Source: Ranitomeya imitator (Eukaryota). From it: DNA of 64,000 nt. Where the stretch lies: contig NC_091283.1 in assembly GCF_032444005.1 (NCBI RefSeq), positions 743,690,001-743,754,000 on the forward strand, written 5' to 3'. Both the position numbers and the translations under genes were made by a program. Below the pieces are notes generated by a model that made no database searches, was not told the origin of the DNA, and saw only the letters and a program-made list of their open reading frames with translations. This document shows, piece by piece, positions 36,907 to 49,700 of the stretch (positions are counted from its first letter, which is position 1; every line of letters starts with the position of its first letter).

Positions 36907-38419
36907 CACTGCTCAAAAAAATAATCGGAACACTTAAACAACAGAATATAACTCCAAGTAAATCAAACTTCTGTGAAATCAAACTGTCCACTTAGAAAGC
37001 AACACTGTTTGACGATCAATTTCACATGCTGTTGTGCAAATGGAATAGACAACAGATGGAAATTATTGGCATATATCAAGACACACTCAATAAAGGAGTG
37101 GTTCTGCAGGTGGGGACCACAGACCACATCTCAGTACCAATGCTTTCTGGCTGATGTTTTGGTCACTTTTGAAAGTTGGTTGTGCTTTCACACTTATGGT
37201 AGCATGAGACGGACTCTACAACCCACACAAGTGGCTCAGGTAGTGCAGCTCCTCCAGGATGGCACATCAATGCAAGCTGTGACAAGAAGGTTTGCTGTGT
37301 CTGTCAGCGTAGTGTCCAGAGGTTGGAGGCGCTACCATGAGACAGGCCAGTACACCAGGAGACGTGGAGGGGGCCATAGGAGGGCAACAACCCAGCAGCA
37401 GGATCGCTACCTCAGCCTTTGTGCAAGGAGGAACAGGAGGAGCACTGCCAGAGCCCTGAAAAATGACCTCCAGCAAGCCACAAATGTGCATGTGTCTGCA
37501 CAAATGGTTAGAATCTGACTCCATGAGGATGGTCTGAGTGTCTGACGTCCACAGATGGGGTTGTGCTCACAGCCCAACACCGTGCAGGGCGCTTGGCATT
37601 TGCCACTCTTCACAGATGAAAGCAGGCTCACACTGAGCACATTTGACAGATGTGACAGAGTCTGGAGACGCCATGAAGAGCGATCTGCCTGCAACATCCT
37701 TCAGCATGATCGGTTTGGCAGTGGTTCAGTAATGGTGTGGGGTAGCATTTCTTTGGAGGGCCGCACAGACCTCCATGTGCTCACCAGTGGTAGCCTGACT
37801 GCCATTAGGTACTGAGATGAGATCTTCAGACCCCTTGTGAGACCATATGCTGGTGCGGCTGGCCCTGGGTTCCTCCTAATGCAGGACAATGCCAGACCTC
37901 ATGTGGCTGGAGTGTGTCAGCAGTTCCTGCAAGATGAAGGCATTAAAGCTATGGACTGGCCCGCCCATTCCCCAGGCCTGAATCCGATTGAACACATCTG
38001 GGACATCATGTCTCGCACCATCCACCAACGTTACATTGCACCACAGACTGTCCAGGAGTTGGCGGATGCTTTAGTCCAGGTCTAGGAGGAGATCCCTCAG
38101 GAGACCATCCGCCGCCTCATCAGGAGCATGCCCAGGCGTTGTAGGGAGGTCTTACAGACACGTGGAGGCCACACACTCTGAGCATCATTTCCTTGTCTTG
38201 AGGCCTATCCACTGAAGTTGGATCCACTTTGTTTTTGAGCATCATTCCAACTCCAGACCTTCGTGGGATATTAGTTGTGATTTACATTGATAATTTTTAG
38301 GTTTTATTGATCTCAACACATTCCACTATGTAATAAATAAAGATTTACAACTGGAATATTTCATTCAGTGATATCTAGGATGTGGGATTTTAACGTTCCC
38401 TTTATTTTTTTGAGCAGTC
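36907..38419 (+). mobile_element. Degenerate short-TIR Tc1-like transposon
   Basis: TIR CACTGCTCAAAAAAATAATCGGAAC / GTTCCCTTTATTTTTTTGAGCAGTC followed by TA. Confidence 0.9.
37204..38180 (+). pseudogene. Tc1-like DD34E transposase with stops and an internal deletion
   Basis: FTDESR, GSVMVWG, LMQDNARPH, SPGLNPIEHIW in fragmented ORFs 36973-37518, 37555-37815, 37837-38085. Confidence 0.9.
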
Positions 38420-39029
38420 TACATTGGATAGGTAATTAGAGAGTGATCAATGTAAGTTCCTCCAAACCTACACCCACATCAGCCTGCAGAATAAACAGGT
38501 GACTGTTCTCCAGTGAGCCTAAAGTACAAGTGACTGGAGCCAAAGTGAAGTATCATCCACAGCAACTTGGACTATAAGATGCACTGGACCAGAAGACGCA
38601 CCTAAGGTTGTAGAGGAGAAAATTAGAAAAAAAAAAGCAAAACATGAGGTCAAATCAGTATTTACTGTAGTATCCCCTATCCTGGTATATATGGTCCCCT
38701 CATCCCCATCCTGGTATGCATGGCCCCCTCATTCCCCAGTGGCGTAACTAGAAAATTATGGGCCTCGATGCGAACTTTCAAATGGGGCCCCCCCAACCAT
38801 GCAAAAATATTTTCCGCCCAAATTCAGATTATCCCTATTCATTTCGCACACTATAGCTTTATTGCAAAGTTGTATAGTGTGACCTCAGTGGCGTAACTAT
38901 CCGGTGCCCTATCCTGGTATATATCTGTCCCCTGTACTGCCATTGTTATGTAATTTATAAAAGAAAATAAACCATTATACTCATCAGGGGCTTACATAGA
39001 AGTCATGGGGATCCATATAAGAAGTGTAA

Positions 39030-39840
39030 TGCACCCCCATAGTACTCCTTATAATATAATGCACCCCCATAGTCCTCTATATAATATACTGCACAGTTCA
39101 TAGTCATCCATATAGTATAATACACGCTCCATAGTCATCCATATAGTATAATACACTCTCCATAGTCATCCATATAGTACAATACACTCCCCATAGTTCT
39201 CCATATAGTACAATAGTATAATTCACTCCCCATAGTTATCCATATAGTATTATACACTCCTCAGTCCTCCATATAGTAGAATACACTCCTCATAGTCCTC
39301 CATATATTAAAATACACTCCTCATAGTGCTCCATATAGTGTAATACACTGCTCAGTCCTCCATATAGTATACTACACTCCTCAGTCCTCCATATAGTATA
39401 ATAAACTGCTCATAGTGCTTCATATAGAATAATGCACCCCTCATAGTCCTCCACATAGTATAATACACTCGTCAGTCCTCCATATAGTATTAGACACTCC
39501 TCATAGTCCTCCATATATTAAAATACACTGCCCAGTCCTCCATAAAGTATAATACACTCCTCATAGTGCTCCATATAGTATAATGCACCGCCATCGTCAT
39601 CCATGTCGTACAATTCACTTCTCATAGTATAATGCACCCTATAGTTCTTCATATAATATAATGTATTCCCCATAGTCCTCGATACAGTATAACGCAGCCC
39701 ACATATAGTATAATGCAGCTACCCCACAGAGTTTAATGCAGTAACCCCACAAAAGTATAATGCAGCCCCACCATACAATATAATGTAACCCCCATAGAAT
39801 ATAATGCAGCCCCCCTCATAGTATAATGCAGCCCCTCCAT
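39030..39840 (+). repeat. 29-31-bp minisatellite (CCATATAGTATAATACACTCCTCATAGTCCT)
   Basis: Directly visible tandem units drifting toward ATAATGCAGCCCC at the right end. Confidence 0.9.
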
Positions 39841-41029
39841 ACAGGTGCAGTGAAAAAGACACGGGCAAATGGTGACTACAGGGCAGGGGAGAAGGACACA
39901 AGGGGGCTAGGGGAGACAGACACAATGGTGACACAGGGGGGCTAGGGAGCAAGGAAGACAGGCACAAGGGGACACATGCGAGCTAGGAGGCAGGACAGAA
40001 GGGCACAAGGGGACTAGTGGGCAAGGGAGACTGACACAAGGGGACACACGTGGACAAGGGACACAAGCACAAGGGGACAAAGGAGACAAGCACAAGGGGA
40101 CCAGGAAGAAGAGAAGGGTACAAGGGGACACACGGGGACTAGGGGGCAAGGGAGACAGGCACAAGAGGACACAAGGGGACTCCGAGGGCAGAGTAGATAG
40201 GGACGCAAGTTGACGGAGTTGCAAGGGGACAGGGGAAGATGGGGAGACTTGGGAGCAGGGAAAAAGGGGCCACAGGGATTACGAGGACAGGGTAAATGGG
40301 GAACACACGGTGAGAAAGGGGACAGGGGAGACTTGAGAGCAGGGCAGATGGGTCACATGAGGACAAGGGACTGGGAATGCATGGGGGGAGCAGGAGGACT
40401 CAGGGCATGGGAAATGGGGAGCATTGGGGGACCAGGGGAGGAGTGACAAGGTGCATACGGGGGCCTGGAGGAGCACAGTGACCTGAAGCTGGGGACCTAC
40501 ATGGACATGGGGCACGGGAGAGCAGGGAGGAAACGGGGCTGGTGTCACAGGGGGTCGGGGACGCTGGTGGCCAAAGACGGCAACACACGGGCAGCAGACA
40601 CACCTCACTGAAGCTGGTCACGTACACCTCCATGTTCATCCTTGGATCCTCCACATGGCTGAGCGGCTGCAGGACGTGCCCCCCGGCAGATTCGGAGCCG
40701 AATGTTCTTCGGACCCAGCAGCCACCACAGGCTCTGCCAATATGGCGACTGCCATCAACTGTGCAGATGCTGCACTGCCTGGGTCCTGCAGAGAGCGGGT
40801 GCGCGATGAAGTGATGTCATCACGCACCCGCTGTGTCAGAGGGGAATGATGGGAGAGGGAGTGTCAGCTGACACTCTCTCCTCCATCATTGCTTTGAACT
40901 GTACCGGCGTCATAGAGGCCAGTATAGTTGAATGCGGGGGAGTCAGGTGCCTTTGACCTGCCGGGCCCCTGACCTGCCAGGCCAAGTCACAGAGGCGACC
41001 ACTGCGACCGTGGTAGTTACGCCCCTGCC

Positions 41030-41220
41030 TCACACACACACAATACAGATCACACACACACACATACTACAGATCACACACATGCACATACTACAGATCA
41101 CACACACACACATACTACAGATCACACACACACATACTACAGATCACACACACACACACACACACACTACAGATCACACACTACAGATCACACACACACG
41201 ATACCAGCTCATACACACAT
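41030..41220 (+). repeat. ~22-bp CA-rich minisatellite (CACACACACACATACTACAGAT)
   Basis: Visible tandem units. Confidence 0.85.
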
Positions 41221-41569
41221 CTCACACTCTCCTCTCTGGTACAGGGGAGGCGGATATAAACGTGCAGCTCCTCAGCTTCTCCTGACTACAGCAGCTCTGT
41301 CCTGTCCCGCACCTTCCCGTGCTCTCGCCTTCTGTCCTGGGGCTGCAGAGCAGGAGAAGCTGACAGTCTCACCGTGCTGACTGGAGCTGCTTCCTATCTC
41401 TCACATGCCCTGGCTGCCCCCTCCCCCTAGATACACCTCTGACTGTTGCCCTGAAGGAGAAATCTCCTGCACTGCAACATGGTGTCGGGTGCCTCGGACC
41501 TTCCAGGCCCCTGACCTGCCGGGCCCGGTCGCAGTGGCAACCACTGCGACCGTGGTAATTACGCCCCTG

Positions 41570-42110
41570 CTGATCCCTATCCTGGTACACATGGCCCCCT
41601 CATCCCTACCCTGGCACACATGGCCCCTCTTATCCATATCCTGGTACGCATGGCCCCTCTCATCCGCATCCTGGTGTGCGTGGCCCCTCTCATCCGTGTC
41701 CTGGTAAGCATAGCCCCCTGATTCCTACCCTGGTACACATAGCCCCCTCATCCCTATCCTGATACCCATGGCCCCCTCATCCCTACCCTGGTACACATGG
41801 CCCATCTCATCCATATCCTGCTATGCATGGCCCCTCTCATCCCCATCCTGGTGTGCATGGCCCCCTCATCCTCATCCCATCCTGGTATGCATGTCCCCTT
41901 TATCTCTAGCCTGGTAGCCATGTCCCCCCTTATCTCTATCCAGGTATGCATGGTCCCCATCTCTGTCCTAGTATGCATGGCCCCATCCTTATCCTTGTAT
42001 GATTGGCCCCATCCTGGTATACAGGGCCCCCATCTCTGTCCTGGTATGCATGGCCCCATGCTTATTTTGGTATGATTGGACCCTATCCTTATCCTGGTGT
42101 GCATTGCCCC
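41570..42110 (+). repeat. ~27-bp minisatellite (CATGGCCCCTCATCCCTATCCTGGTA); inverted copies at ~42745-42890, further units at ~38675-38735
   Basis: Visible tandem units. Confidence 0.88.
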
Positions 42111-42890
42111 ATCAGAAAAAAGCATTAAAGAAAAAAACCATTACACTTACCTTCCTACACTCTCTCACAGCATCTTGTTCCGGTGCTAGCAGCTGCTTTA
42201 TGCTTGTAAGCAGCACATGGCAGTGACGTCATGCGCAGCTTAGAAGCTTAAGGACAGTTGCCAGAATTCTCACTGCTCTGCACGCTGGGACTTTGTGCAT
42301 GGACGGCAGTGAGTATTCATTGCTGGCTCTTTAGTAGCGAGCACAGTGTCAGCCACCGACTTCCTGCAGCTGCCGGGCAGTCATGTGTGTCGGCTACTAA
42401 AGGGAATGAATATTTAATGCTCTCCACTTCCAGGGGTGTGGAATGTGGTGAATATTCATTCCCTTTAGTAGCAGGGACACGTGACCGCCTGGCAGCTGCA
42501 GGAAGTCTGCGGCTAACACAGTGCATGCTAATAAAGAGCAATGAATACTCACTGCGCTCCACGCACATAGTCCCGGCATGGGGAGCAGTGAGTATTCAGT
42601 TAGCTGTCCTTCAGCTTGTAATCAGCGCATGACATCCCTTCCATGCACTGCTTACAAGCATAAAGCAGCATTGGAACAAGACCCAGTAAGGGAGTGCATG
42701 AGGGTAAATGTAATGGTTTGGTTTTTTAATGTTTTTATTATGGGGCAATGCATACCAGGATGAGAATGGGGCCAATCATACAAGGATAAGGATGGGGTCA
42801 TGCATACCAGGATAAGGATGGGGCCATGCATACCAGGATAAGGATGGGGCCAGTTGTACCAGAATAAGGATGGGGCCATGCATACCAGCA
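41960..42890. repeat. ~0.9-kb imperfect palindrome centred near 42437
   Basis: Arms pair, e.g. TGCTTTATGCTTGTAAGCAG / CTGCTTACAAGCATAAAGCA and GCAGTGAGTATTCATTGCT / AGCAATGAATACTCACTGC. Confidence 0.85.
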
Positions 42891-43228
42891 TGCTATTAAA
42901 GAGAAATTAATATTCATTGCCCTCCATGCCCATGGGAGTGGAATGCAGTGAATATTTATTTCTCTTTAGCAGCGGGCAGAGGAGTTAGCCGCAGGTGCCG
43001 GCACCTGAAACCTCTGATGCGCTGCTCGGCCGATGCCACTCCCCCACCTCCCCATCACAGCCAGAGCCGGTACATCTGGACTATAAGATGTACTCCCCAT
43101 TTAACTCCACATTTTTAGAGGAAAAAATTGCATCATATTAGTCCAAAAAAAATGGCAGATATGAAGATAAATTTAAATTCTGGAGTCAGATTATCAAGTT
43201 TTCTGGTAATATTGTGAAGCCAATTACT

Positions 43229-43491
43229 ATTTATTTATTTTACTCACTTACAGTATATAGGGCCATTAGTTTCACAGCACTTTACAGACATTATCATCAC
43301 TGTCACCATTGGGGCTCACAATCTATATTTCCTATTAGTATGTCTTTGGAGTTTGGGAGGAAATCGGAGAACTTGAAGGAAACCCACGCAAACACGGGGA
43401 TAATATACAAACTCCTTGCAGATGTCATCTTTGGTGCGAATTGAACACAGGACTGCAAAGCTACAGTGCTAACCACTGAGCCACCATGCTG
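43229..43491 (-). mobile_element. tRNA-derived V-SINE
   Basis: Minus strand: A-box TGGCTCAGTGG, B-box-like GTTCAATTC, V-domain GGAGTTTGTATATTATCCCCGTGTTTGCGTGGGTTTCC...TTTCCTCCCA, L2-like tail ending (TAAA)n. Confidence 0.85.
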
Positions 43492-44058
43492 TCATTACAC
43501 AACTGAGAAGACTTTGTACATCTAGAAATGACTAATGGGGTCTAAGCTTATAGTACCAACATCTCTTTATCCATGAGAAAAAAGAAACATCCAACAGCCT
43601 CCTGCTGGATTCTTAAAGAGTGAATGACAGGTTGGCATATGGTATGTGGATAGGCAATCTTCATACATATTACCAGCTGAGGGATCACCACGTTAGCTGC
43701 TTCTAATATGTGGAAAAACTGTGATTATGGTACATCTCTTTATTTTTTCAATTGTGTAGTGAATTTTCTCATAGTCCATAGTCTTCCAGTTAAACCAGTT
43801 CATGTAGTGTTTTCTCGAAGAATGAAATCAGCACCTCAATAATTCATCACTTGTTTAATTGTTTGACCTCTGTAGTTGGATCCCGATGTATATTCCGGAA
43901 TCCACTAAAGTATATGGTGGACTGCCAGACATCCTCATCGATCCATACAGATATCCTTTAATAGACTTTATTTGAGTCAGAGGGTTGGAGCAACCTTTCA
44001 CTTGTAATTTTTCTATAGCAAAGCTTAAACTACATGTTGGAGCATGTTATGCAACTGT

Positions 44059-44890
44059 CAAAAAAAAAAGACTCGCACATCCAAACTAGTGTGAATAGGT
44101 GCATACCAGGAGCAGCTACCTCCATACATAAATATACAAAAAAGGTTGCACTCTATCGTGCAAAAGCATGTCTAATCTGAAATATATGAAATATGAATAG
44201 CAAAATGGCTTTTGAACATTAGGAAAATATTTAAGAGACGCTTTGCACAGAATTTGATATAATCAAATAGTGTGAGCCCATCAACCGTCGTCAAGGTGGT
44301 CTCATAAAACTGATGGGTCCCTGACCCCCCTGTGCAAAGCGTCTCTTAAATATTTTCCTAATGTTCAAAAGCCATTTTGCTATTCATATTTCATATATTT
44401 CAGATTAGACATGCTTTTGCACGATAGAGTGCAACCTTTTTTGTATATTTATGTATGGAGGTAGCTGCTCCCGGTATGCACCTATTCACACTAGTTTGGA
44501 TGTGCGAGTCTTTTTTTTGTCATTTCTATGGTAGCTGACTGACTGCGCACTCCTCCCATCACCATGTGGTTTTTAATTGCATCTCATCACACTTGGTCCT
44601 GGCCAACTCATATGTAGGCTTTGCTGAACAGAGGTGTCCACATTCACCCAGGCATACAGACATTGGCCTTCGGTAAGTGTTCACATTTGGACAGGGGGGT
44701 CAGGGACCCATCAGTTTTATGAGACCACCTTGACGACGGTTGATGGGCTCACACTATTTGATTACATCAAATTCTGTGCAAAGCGTCTCTTAAATATTTT
44801 CCTAATGTTCAAAAACCATTTTGCTATTCATATTTCATATATTTCAGATTAGACATGCTTTTGCACGATAGAGTGCAACCTTTTTTGTAT
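44059..44890 (+). mobile_element. Non-coding Penelope-like insertion: circularly permuted ~445-bp unit plus an inverted 5' copy
   Basis: 15-bp TSD ATGTTATGCAACTGT (44044-44058, 44891-44905); 44059-44250 is the reverse complement of 44330-44519; 44694-44890 is the reverse complement of 44134-44330; 3' end GAGTGCAACCTTTTTTGTAT. Confidence 0.7.
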
Positions 44891-46120
44891 ATGTTATGCA
44901 ACTGTGTGAGCTCCCTACAGCTGCGGTCCTTTGCTGAGCTTCATGTCAGGTTTTACAAGTAGTTTTGTGAACTCCAGTGACATTATAACCCAAAGTTTTT
45001 TAAAGATGACTCACACAGTCATGTATCTCTGATTATTAAGCAAGTATTCTGTTTTTTCCATGTGCCTTGAAACCAGTTCTCTCAGATGGCAATCATCTTA
45101 AACTCCTGTTTGTTTCTATAATATGTATTTCCTTCCTCGCTCAGGCCGGCAATTAACCCTTCGTCTGCTGTAAGCATAGCAAACTCTTCTCTGGACTTGT
45201 TCACATTACAAACGCTGCTGCATCAGAGTAAATCTTCTCTGCTAACAAGTTTGGGTGTTCATCACTATTGCCAGCAACTATTCATTTGATTGCTGATTAA
45301 GCATTTGCCTGCTGTAAGCATTACAAACTCTGCTATGGAAGGTTGACACTGCAAACTCCGCTGTAAGCATTACAAACTCTGTTATGGAAAATTCACACTG
45401 CAAACGATGCTTTAAGTCATGGCCAGTCTATACATTTTCAGTTCCTGGATCAGTTTCTTCTGGTGTACCCTGCTCTGTTTGTCTGTCTGCTGTTACACAT
45501 ACAATCAGTGAAGTTCTATTTGCTGTTCCATCATCTTTGGCCCACAACAGGTCCAAATCACATATCTGTGGTGCATGGTTGACATGTAGGGTTTAAAAAT
45601 ATCCTATACGTATTGACTTTAATAATTACTTGCATGCTAAAAATCTATGCTACACATATGCAATGCTTGATGATGCTTTTCAATATAATGGTAGAAAGGT
45701 TGTACTTGGTAGACCTGTGAATTTTATTCAACCTATGTAACTATGCATACAAAAAACACAAATAATCCAAAGGTTCAGCCACTTATTTGTCGGTCAAATG
45801 TTCTATTTTAGGTCCCTTTATTTATACTAGATGCTAGATTGTTCTGTCATTTGTTACAGAAAAGACAATTTTATCCAAGTAGAATTAATGTATTTTTCGC
45901 TTTATAAGACGCACCTAGGTTTTAAAGGAGGAAATAAGAAAATAAAAATATTTTGAGCCAAATAGTGTGCAAAAACCTTTAATTAAATAACAATATATTA
46001 TTTTAACATAGTAGAATCAACAGCTGTCAACAGCAGCATTGTGGGTAACATGTAAGAACAGTCGAATGTACCGTAAGTAACGGCAAAAGCCATATTCTGG
46101 CTAACAAGTGAGGAGAAACT

Positions 46121-47420
46121 TTAATCCTCAGGCACCACAATCTTCAAGTCAGTGAATCCCAGGAATTCCTCATCACTGCTGTCAGAGTTTAGGAAGCTCA
46201 GGTCCACACAGTCATTAGTGTCACTTTCTTCACTGTCCTCATGTAGCATACCATCTTTGGTGCAATCTAATGCATTGCTAATCCCACATTTTTTGAATGA
46301 ACGTATAACCGTTTCATCCTTTACTGATTGCCATGATGTCTTCACCCACTCACAAACTTAAGTGATAGTGGGCCTCTTCATGCATCCAGTTGGTGTCAGG
46401 TCATGTTTGCCAGCAGCCATCCATTTATTCCACTCTTCTCGCATGTAGACTTTAAACAACTTGTTTATAGAAACATTGAGAGGTTGCAACTAGCTGGTAA
46501 GCCCCCCTGGAATTACCGCGAGATAGGTCTTCACTTCTTTAAACACTGTTTTTGTGTTTTCACAAATATGTGCCCTGAACTGGTCTAGCACTAACAGGGC
46601 TGTTTTTTCCAGAAGCCCTCCAGGACGTTTGGACCACACTTTATCAACCCACAATCTCATTCCGTTCTCGACCATCCATCCTTTCTCGTGAACGTACACA
46701 ACTCCTCACGGGATAGCTTCTTTGGGCATGTTCTTTCTTTTAAAAATTAACATTAGTGGCAGTTTCGTGCCATCGGCAAAGCAGAACAACACAACTGTGT
46801 AATGGTTTTTTTCATGTCCTGCAGTTTTTACCATTACGGTTTTGGCACCCTTTGCCTCAACAGTTCTGTCTGAGGGCACATCAAAGGTTAGAGGGACTTC
46901 ATCCATATTCCCAATCTGGCCGAATTCATATCCATTTTTCTTCCTGCTGTTAATTACAAACTGTGGAAAGAGACAATCTTAGCATCATATTCTTGTGGCA
47001 TTTTTTGCGCAATTCTAGTTTTGGTGCGTATAGCAAGGCCACATCTCTTTATAAATCTGAAGCAACATGATGGTGATCCAGTAAAGTCATTGATGCCTTT
47101 CTCAGCAGCAATCCGCTTGGCTTCGCATATGATCATTTTCTTTGAGACCGAAAGGCCATTATTTCTGTGGCGTATGATCCACTCTTTTACATCCACGTCT
47201 AACTCTGGCCACTTTGCACCACACCCACGAAGACCAGATTAGCTTTTTCTGGCTTTTTGCAGCTCAAAAAGTGTTTCCTCCACTCTCTTATCATTTTTTT
47301 CAGTTGGAGGCAGTCTGAAATGTCTCTATGCTGCTCTGTTCACATGCTCTTTAGCGCATTTTTTAACCTCCAGTTTAAAGGGAATTTTATATGCATGCCT
47401 TTTCGGCTTGAAAAATGCAC
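46121..47420 (-). pseudogene. pogo (POGK/Passer-like) DDD transposase, frameshifted; third catalytic D appears as N (LQPLNVS)
   Basis: KWPELD..VKEW, MDEVPLTFD, VLDQFRAH, VIPGGLTS, SFKKCGISNALD. Confidence 0.88.
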
Positions 47421-48019
47421 AATATGCAGCAGCCAACTGTACGGTATTTTTCTGCAACAAAATACAGTATTGCAACAACTGTCAGCTCTGTCCTTCATAG
47501 TTATGGGAGCATTGCAACTGAAAACATGAATGAATACATATTACTGTAGAAAAGACATGGGCTGCACATTCAAAAATCACAAGTTGATCTAGTGGTGTTA
47601 GGCAAAAATGTACTGTATTCAGCTGAACAAGAAGTTTTTAGTTTAACATTGTGATCAGACTTATGAAGCCTATTGCCAAGTCACGGCGAATCTCATTGCG
47701 TCCATAACGTTAAATACTGTAGCCTTAAAGGTGTGGAGTAATGTGCCAACCACCACCACCACAGCGACAATGAACCAGCAGGGTGGGTACCTGGTGCCCC
47801 ACAGTACCTATGCTGCAAGGCTGGAGACTGTAAGAGGGGTTCTGCATATTTTTGCTCAATAAGAGGTTTGCCGTCATTTGCTAGCGGCCTCATATAGTCT
47901 AATCAGATAGTTAAACTAAGAACCTCATGTTCAGTTTCATTTTTCCTAGTGGCATTACCTAGGTCAACTTATGATTTTAGATGTGTGGCCCATGTCTTTT
48001 TCTACACCTATGATGAATG

Positions 48020-49700
48020 AAAAACATTGTTATGGGGGATCTGCGGATGACACACTATTATAGGGGATCTGTGGTGACCTACTGTTATGGGGGATCTGCA
48101 TGGTACACACTTATGGGGGGGATCTGTGGATGACACACTGTTATGGGGTATCTGTGGTGAGGAACTGGTATGGGGAATCTTCAGGGTAGACACTTATTGG
48201 GGGATCTGCGGATGACACACTGTTATGGGGATCTGTGGTGATGCACTGTTTTGGGGAATCTACATGGTACACACTTATGGGTAGATCTGCGGATAACACA
48301 CTGTTATGGAGGATCTGTGGTGATGCACTGTTATGCGGGATCTGCAGGGTCCACACTTATTGGGGGATCTGTGAATGACGCACTGTTATGGGGGATCTGT
48401 GGTGACGCACTGTTATGGGGATCTTTGGTGACGCAATGTTATGGGGATCTGCAGGGTACGCATTTACGGTATTGAGGGGATCTGCGGATGATGCACTGTT
48501 GTGGCATATCTGTGGTGGCGCACTGGTATGGGGAATCTGCAGGGTACACACTTATTGGGGGATCTGTGGATGACGCACTGTTATGGGGGATCTGTGGTGA
48601 TCACTTATTGGGGGGAGCTGTGGTGGTGCACTGTTACGGGGATCTGTGGTGGTGCACTGTTATGGGGATCTGTGGTGATGCACTGTAATGGGGATCTGTG
48701 GTGACGCACTGTTATGGGGGTCTGCAGGGTACATACTGATGGGAGGATCTGCGGATGACACACTGTTATGGGGGATCTGTGGTGATGCACTGTTATGGGG
48801 TATCTGATGATGCACTGTTATGGGGAATCTACATGGTACACACTTATGGGTAGATCTGCGGATAACACACTGTTATGGAGGATCTGTGGTGATGCACTGT
48901 TATGCGGGATCTGCAGGGTCCACACTTATTGGGGGATCTGTGAATGACGCACTGTTATGGTGGATCTGTGGTGACGCACTGGTATGGGGGATCTACAGGG
49001 TGCACACTTATTGGGGGAATCTGCAGATGACGCACTGTTATGGGGGATCTGTGGTGACGCACTGTTATGGGGATCTGTGGTGAGTGGTGACGCAATGTTA
49101 TGGGGATCTGCAGGGTACGCATTTACGGTATTGAGGGGATCTGCGGATGATGCACTGTTGTGGCATATCTGTGGTGGCGCACTGGTATGGGGAATCTGCA
49201 GGGTACACACTTATTGGGGGATCTGTGGATGACGCACTGTTATGGGGGATCTGTGGTGATCACTTATTGGGGGGAGCTGTGGTGGTGCACTGTTACGGGG
49301 ATCTGTGGTGGTGCACTGTTATGGGGATCTGTGGTGATGCACTGTAATGGGGATCTGTGGTGACGCACTGTTATGGGGGTCTGCATAGTACACACATATG
49401 GGGGGATCTGCGGATGACACACTGTTATTGGGGATTTGTGGTGACGCACTGTTATGGGGGATCTGCAGGGTACACAATTAAGGTATTGAGGGGATCTTCG
49501 GATGACACTGTTATGGGGGATCTGTGGTGACGCACTGGACTGGTATGGGGGATCTGCACAGTACACTCTTACTGGGGGGATCTGCGGATGATGCACTGTT
49601 ATGGGGTATCTGTGGTGATGCAGTGTTATGGGGATCTGCAAGGTACACAATTATTGGGGGGATCTGTGGATGACACACTGTTATGAGGGATCTGTTACAT
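48020..49700 (+). repeat. ~25-30-bp minisatellite (CACTGTTATGGGGGATCTG(T/C)GG(A/T)TGA(C/T)G) with a higher-order duplication
   Basis: Visible units; ORFs 48488-48688 and 49147-49347 translate identically (offset 659). Confidence 0.92.

Larger units (their letters stand above)
38737..41569. mobile_element. Non-autonomous hAT-like element with doubled termini
   Basis: CAGTGGCGTAACTA at 38737 and 38886; TA(G/A)TTACGCCCCTG ending at 41027 and 41569; interrupts the ~27-bp minisatellite array (flanks TCATTCCC / CTGATCCC, imperfect). Confidence 0.6.
38565..43157. mobile_element. Probable non-autonomous pogo-type element enclosing minisatellites, a hAT derivative and a palindrome
   Basis: Left GGACTATAAGATGCAC...AAGACGCACCTA.G resembles the left end at 45890; right GGACTATAAGATGTAC...GCATCATATTAGTCCAAAAAAAATGG is a degenerate version of the 50.3-kb right end; termini eroded. 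Confidence 0.55.

Noticed and set aside
43440-43491. tRNA gene
   Set aside because: It is the tRNA-derived head of a V-SINE; no complete cloverleaf
43620-44000. Possible decayed Penelope RT (VWIDEDVW)
   Set aside because: Only a weak motif resemblance, with several stops
24076-47420. Host genes ZBED4/6 or POGK (and ZMYM1 at 5.7-6.3 kb)
   Set aside because: All are frameshifted and intron-less, and bounded by TIRs or transposon termini; no KRAB or MYM domains seen
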